Source: an uncultured delta proteobacterium | GTDB lineage: Bacteria > Desulfobacterota > RBG-13-43-22 | Direction: 5' to 3' | NCBI GenBank assembly: GCA_963743305.1 | Contig: CAVUPH010000007.1 | Coordinates: forward strand, 237,552-301,551 | Length of the DNA: 64,000 bases | In this document: in pieces, positions 61,836 through 64,000 of the stretch | Layout of the letters: every line of letters starts with the position of its first letter | Numbering within the stretch: position 1 is the stretch's first letter | The notes under the pieces: model-generated | Databases searched by the model: none | What the model saw: the letters and a program-made list of their open reading frames with translations, nothing else | What the model was told of the DNA's origin: nothing | Made by a program: the position numbers and the translations under genes

Positions 61836-61851
61836 GAACAAAGGATGGGTC

Positions 61852-63180
61852 ATGAACAAAAATAAGGACATTCAAATCGGTTTGATCGGCCTGGGAACCG
61901 TGGGCACCGGGGTGGTGACCCTTCTCCGGGAGAAGGAGAGTTCCCTTCAATCCCTGACGGGTTCCCGGCTGGTTCTGAAAAAAATCGCCGACCTGGACCT
62001 TTCGCGCGGAAAAGGTTTGTCCCTGCCCTCGGGGGTGTTGACCCAAAAGGCCGATGAAATCCTGGAAGACCCGGAAATCAAGATCGTCGTGGAACTGATC
62101 GGTGGGTACGAACCGGCCAAATCCTTTATCCTGAAGGCCCTGTCCGCCGGGAAGCACGTGGTTACCGCCAACAAGGCCTTGTTGGCCGAGGCGGGCAATG
62201 AATTATTTCGGGCGGCCCAGGATTACGGCCGACAGATCGGTTTCGAGGCCAGCGTCTGCGGGGGCATCCCGATCATCCTGGCCCTGCGCCAGGGTCTGGT
62301 GGCCAACGAGATCGAATCCCTTTTCGGGATCATGAACGGAACATCCAATTTTATCCTCTCCCGGATGTCGGAGGAAGGGCAAGCCTACTCCCAGGCCCTG
62401 GGGGAGGCCCAAAAGCTGGGCTACGCGGAGGCTGATCCGACCCTGGACGTGGAAGGGCACGACACGGCTCATAAACTGGCCATCCTCATGCATCTGGCCT
62501 ACGGGCTGCCCATGGACGTGAAGGGCATCCATACGGAAGGCATCACCCGGATCACTCCCCAGGATATTGCCTTTGCCCGGGAGTTCGGGTACCGGGTGAA
62601 ACTGCTGGCCATCTGTCGGAAAGAAAACGGGTTGGTCGAGGCCCGGGTCCATCCGACCATGATTCCCCAGGACCACATGTTGTCCAACGTCTCCGGGGCC
62701 TACAACGCCCTGTTCATTCACGGCGATGCCGTGGGGGACATCCTGCTCTACGGCCTGGGGGCCGGGATGATGCCCACCGGGAGCGCGGTGGTCAGCGACC
62801 TGGTGGACATCGGCCGGAATATCAATCAGGGCATAGCCCGGCGGATACCGCGTTCCAGCGTCCCTCCCGAAGAACGGGGGGCGCCGTTGGCCGTCAAGCC
62901 CTTTGAAGAGATCGAGACCCATTATTATTTTCGTATTTCCGCCCTGGACCGCCCGGGGGTGTTGTCCACGGTCTCGGGGATTCTGGGAGAGCATCAGATC
63001 AGCATCGCCTCGGTAATCCAGAAGGGGCGGGACCAGGAGGGGTCGGTGCCGATCGTCATGATGACCCACAGCGCCCGGGAAAAAGAGGCCCAGGAGGCCA
63101 TCGGCCGTATCGATCAGCTCCCGGTCATCACCGACCGGACCATGATCATCCGGGTGGAAGATTCGGGGCTCATAAGGTAA
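61852..63180 (+). CDS. hom: Homoserine dehydrogenase with ACT domain
   Basis: GLGTVG, VTANKALLA, FEASVCGGIP, NGTSN, GYAEADP, DRPGVL. Confidence 0.97.
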   Translation: MNKNKDIQIGLIGLGTVGTGVVTLLREKESSLQSLTGSRLVLKKIADLDLSRGKGLSLPSGVLTQKADEILEDPEIKIVVELIGGYEPAKSFILKALSAGKHVVTANKALLAEAGNELFRAAQDYGRQIGFEASVCGGIPIILALRQGLVANEIESLFGIMNGTSNFILSRMSEEGQAYSQALGEAQKLGYAEADPTLDVEGHDTAHKLAILMHLAYGLPMDVKGIHTEGITRITPQDIAFAREFGYRVKLLAICRKENGLVEARVHPTMIPQDHMLSNVSGAYNALFIHGDAVGDILLYGLGAGMMPTGSAVVSDLVDIGRNINQGIARRIPRSSVPPEERGAPLAVKPFEEIETHYYFRISALDRPGVLSTVSGILGEHQISIASVIQKGRDQEGSVPIVMMTHSAREKEAQEAIGRIDQLPVITDRTMIIRVEDSGLIR

Positions 63181-63181
63181 G

Positions 63182-63259
63182 ACGAATATCGAATATCGAA
63201 TTACGAAGGGGTAGGGACGACTTTAGTCGCCCGACCTGGGAGGCTAAATCCTCGCCTAC
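63182..63259. repeat. Heptamer arm followed by a GTAG-type REP-like doublet
   Basis: ACGAATA TCGAATA TCGAATT; GTAGGGACGACTTTAGTCGCCC ... CTCGCCTAC (63211-63259). Confidence 0.55.
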
Positions 63260-63394
63260 CCAATATCTTCATGCTGCGTAGGCATTCTTCAATAATTAAT
63301 AATTACCAATTATTTATTAACTATTAATAGTTTGTCTTTTTACAGGACAGCATTTCCATGCTTCGGGTGTTCTCCTCAAGCAATAGGGTTTATT

Positions 63395-64000
63395 GTGAAA
63401 GAAGATAATAAAAAATACATCATTCTGGTTGGCGACGGCATGGGAGACTATCCGGTGGAGGAGCTGGACGGAAAAACCCCGCTGGAGGCGGCCCGGACGC
63501 CCTTTATGGATCGGTTGGCCGCCCAGGGAATTATGGGCTTTGCCCAGACCGTTCCGTCGGCCTGTGAACCGGGCAGCGATATCGCCAACCTGAGCCTCAT
63601 GGGCTATGACCCCCTGACGTATCATACCGGACGGGCCCCCCTGGAGGCCGCCAGCCTGGGGATCCGGCTGAAGGATCAGGAAGTCGCCTTTCGCTGCAAC
63701 CTGGTTCATCTGAAACACCGTTCCGCGGACTCCGTTTTTATGGATTCATACAGCGCCGGTCACATCTCCAGCGAGGAGGGCCGGTTCCTGATTCAGGCCT
63801 TGAACGAGGCGCTGGGAGAACCGGGACGGACCTTTTACCCCGGCGTCAGCTACCGGCATTTGCTGGTCTGGGACGGGGGAGATCCGAACCTGAAGACCCG
63901 GCCCCCCCACGACTTGACCGGCCAGGACGTGACGGCCTATCTCTTTAAAGACCCATCGCTGGAACCGGTGACCGATTTGATCCGCCGATCCTGGCCGGTG
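63395..64000 (+). CDS. Cofactor-independent phosphoglycerate mutase family (ApgM / proposed homoserine kinase), runs off window
   Basis: Manual translation from GTG 63395: KYIILVGDGMGDYP..GKTPLEAARTP..PGSDIANLSLMGYDP..GRAPLEAAS..AFRCNLV. Confidence 0.9.
   Translation, partial: MKEDNKKYIILVGDGMGDYPVEELDGKTPLEAARTPFMDRLAAQGIMGFAQTVPSACEPGSDIANLSLMGYDPLTYHTGRAPLEAASLGIRLKDQEVAFRCNLVHLKHRSADSVFMDSYSAGHISSEEGRFLIQALNEALGEPGRTFYPGVSYRHLLVWDGGDPNLKTRPPHDLTGQDVTAYLFKDPSLEPVTDLIRRSWPV

Overview
Chromosomal window of a moderately GC-rich bacterium whose gene content and order look Desulfobacterota/Deltaproteobacteria-like (inference). Housekeeping blocks: mnmG 5' end, alanine-zipper lipoprotein with an L,D-transpeptidase, cobU-cobS-cobC-cbiB, nagZ, ligA, thrS-infC-rpmI-rplT-pheS-pheT-merR-uvrC-tatB-tatC, hrcA-grpE-dnaK, cysE, tldD-pmbA, ldcA, alaC-hom-apgM. 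Accessory blocks: a decaying signal-transduction island (~10.9-25.5 kb; PAS hybrid kinases, CheB/CheR fusion), a toxin-antitoxin cluster (39.0-41.4 kb) and a sigma54-driven envelope/metal module (52.8-60.1 kb). Several genes carry single-base indels, mostly in homopolymers, that are probably assembly errors. No rRNA, tRNA, CRISPR array, transposase or reverse transcriptase was seen. The most striking unexplained signal is in the intergenic DNA. A four-helix-bundle (23S rRNA-IVP/Avd-like) gene at 20528-20900 is bracketed by 31-bp inverted arms built from 7-bp tandem units. The window also holds internally deleted mini-copies and remnants of this cassette, a remnant of a second four-helix gene ending in a 6-bp array, and many empty inverted arrays of 7-, 8- and 9-bp units. 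Together these suggest a transposase-less mobile or RNA-hairpin element family (inference). All calls are by eye from motifs and gene order; no searches were run.
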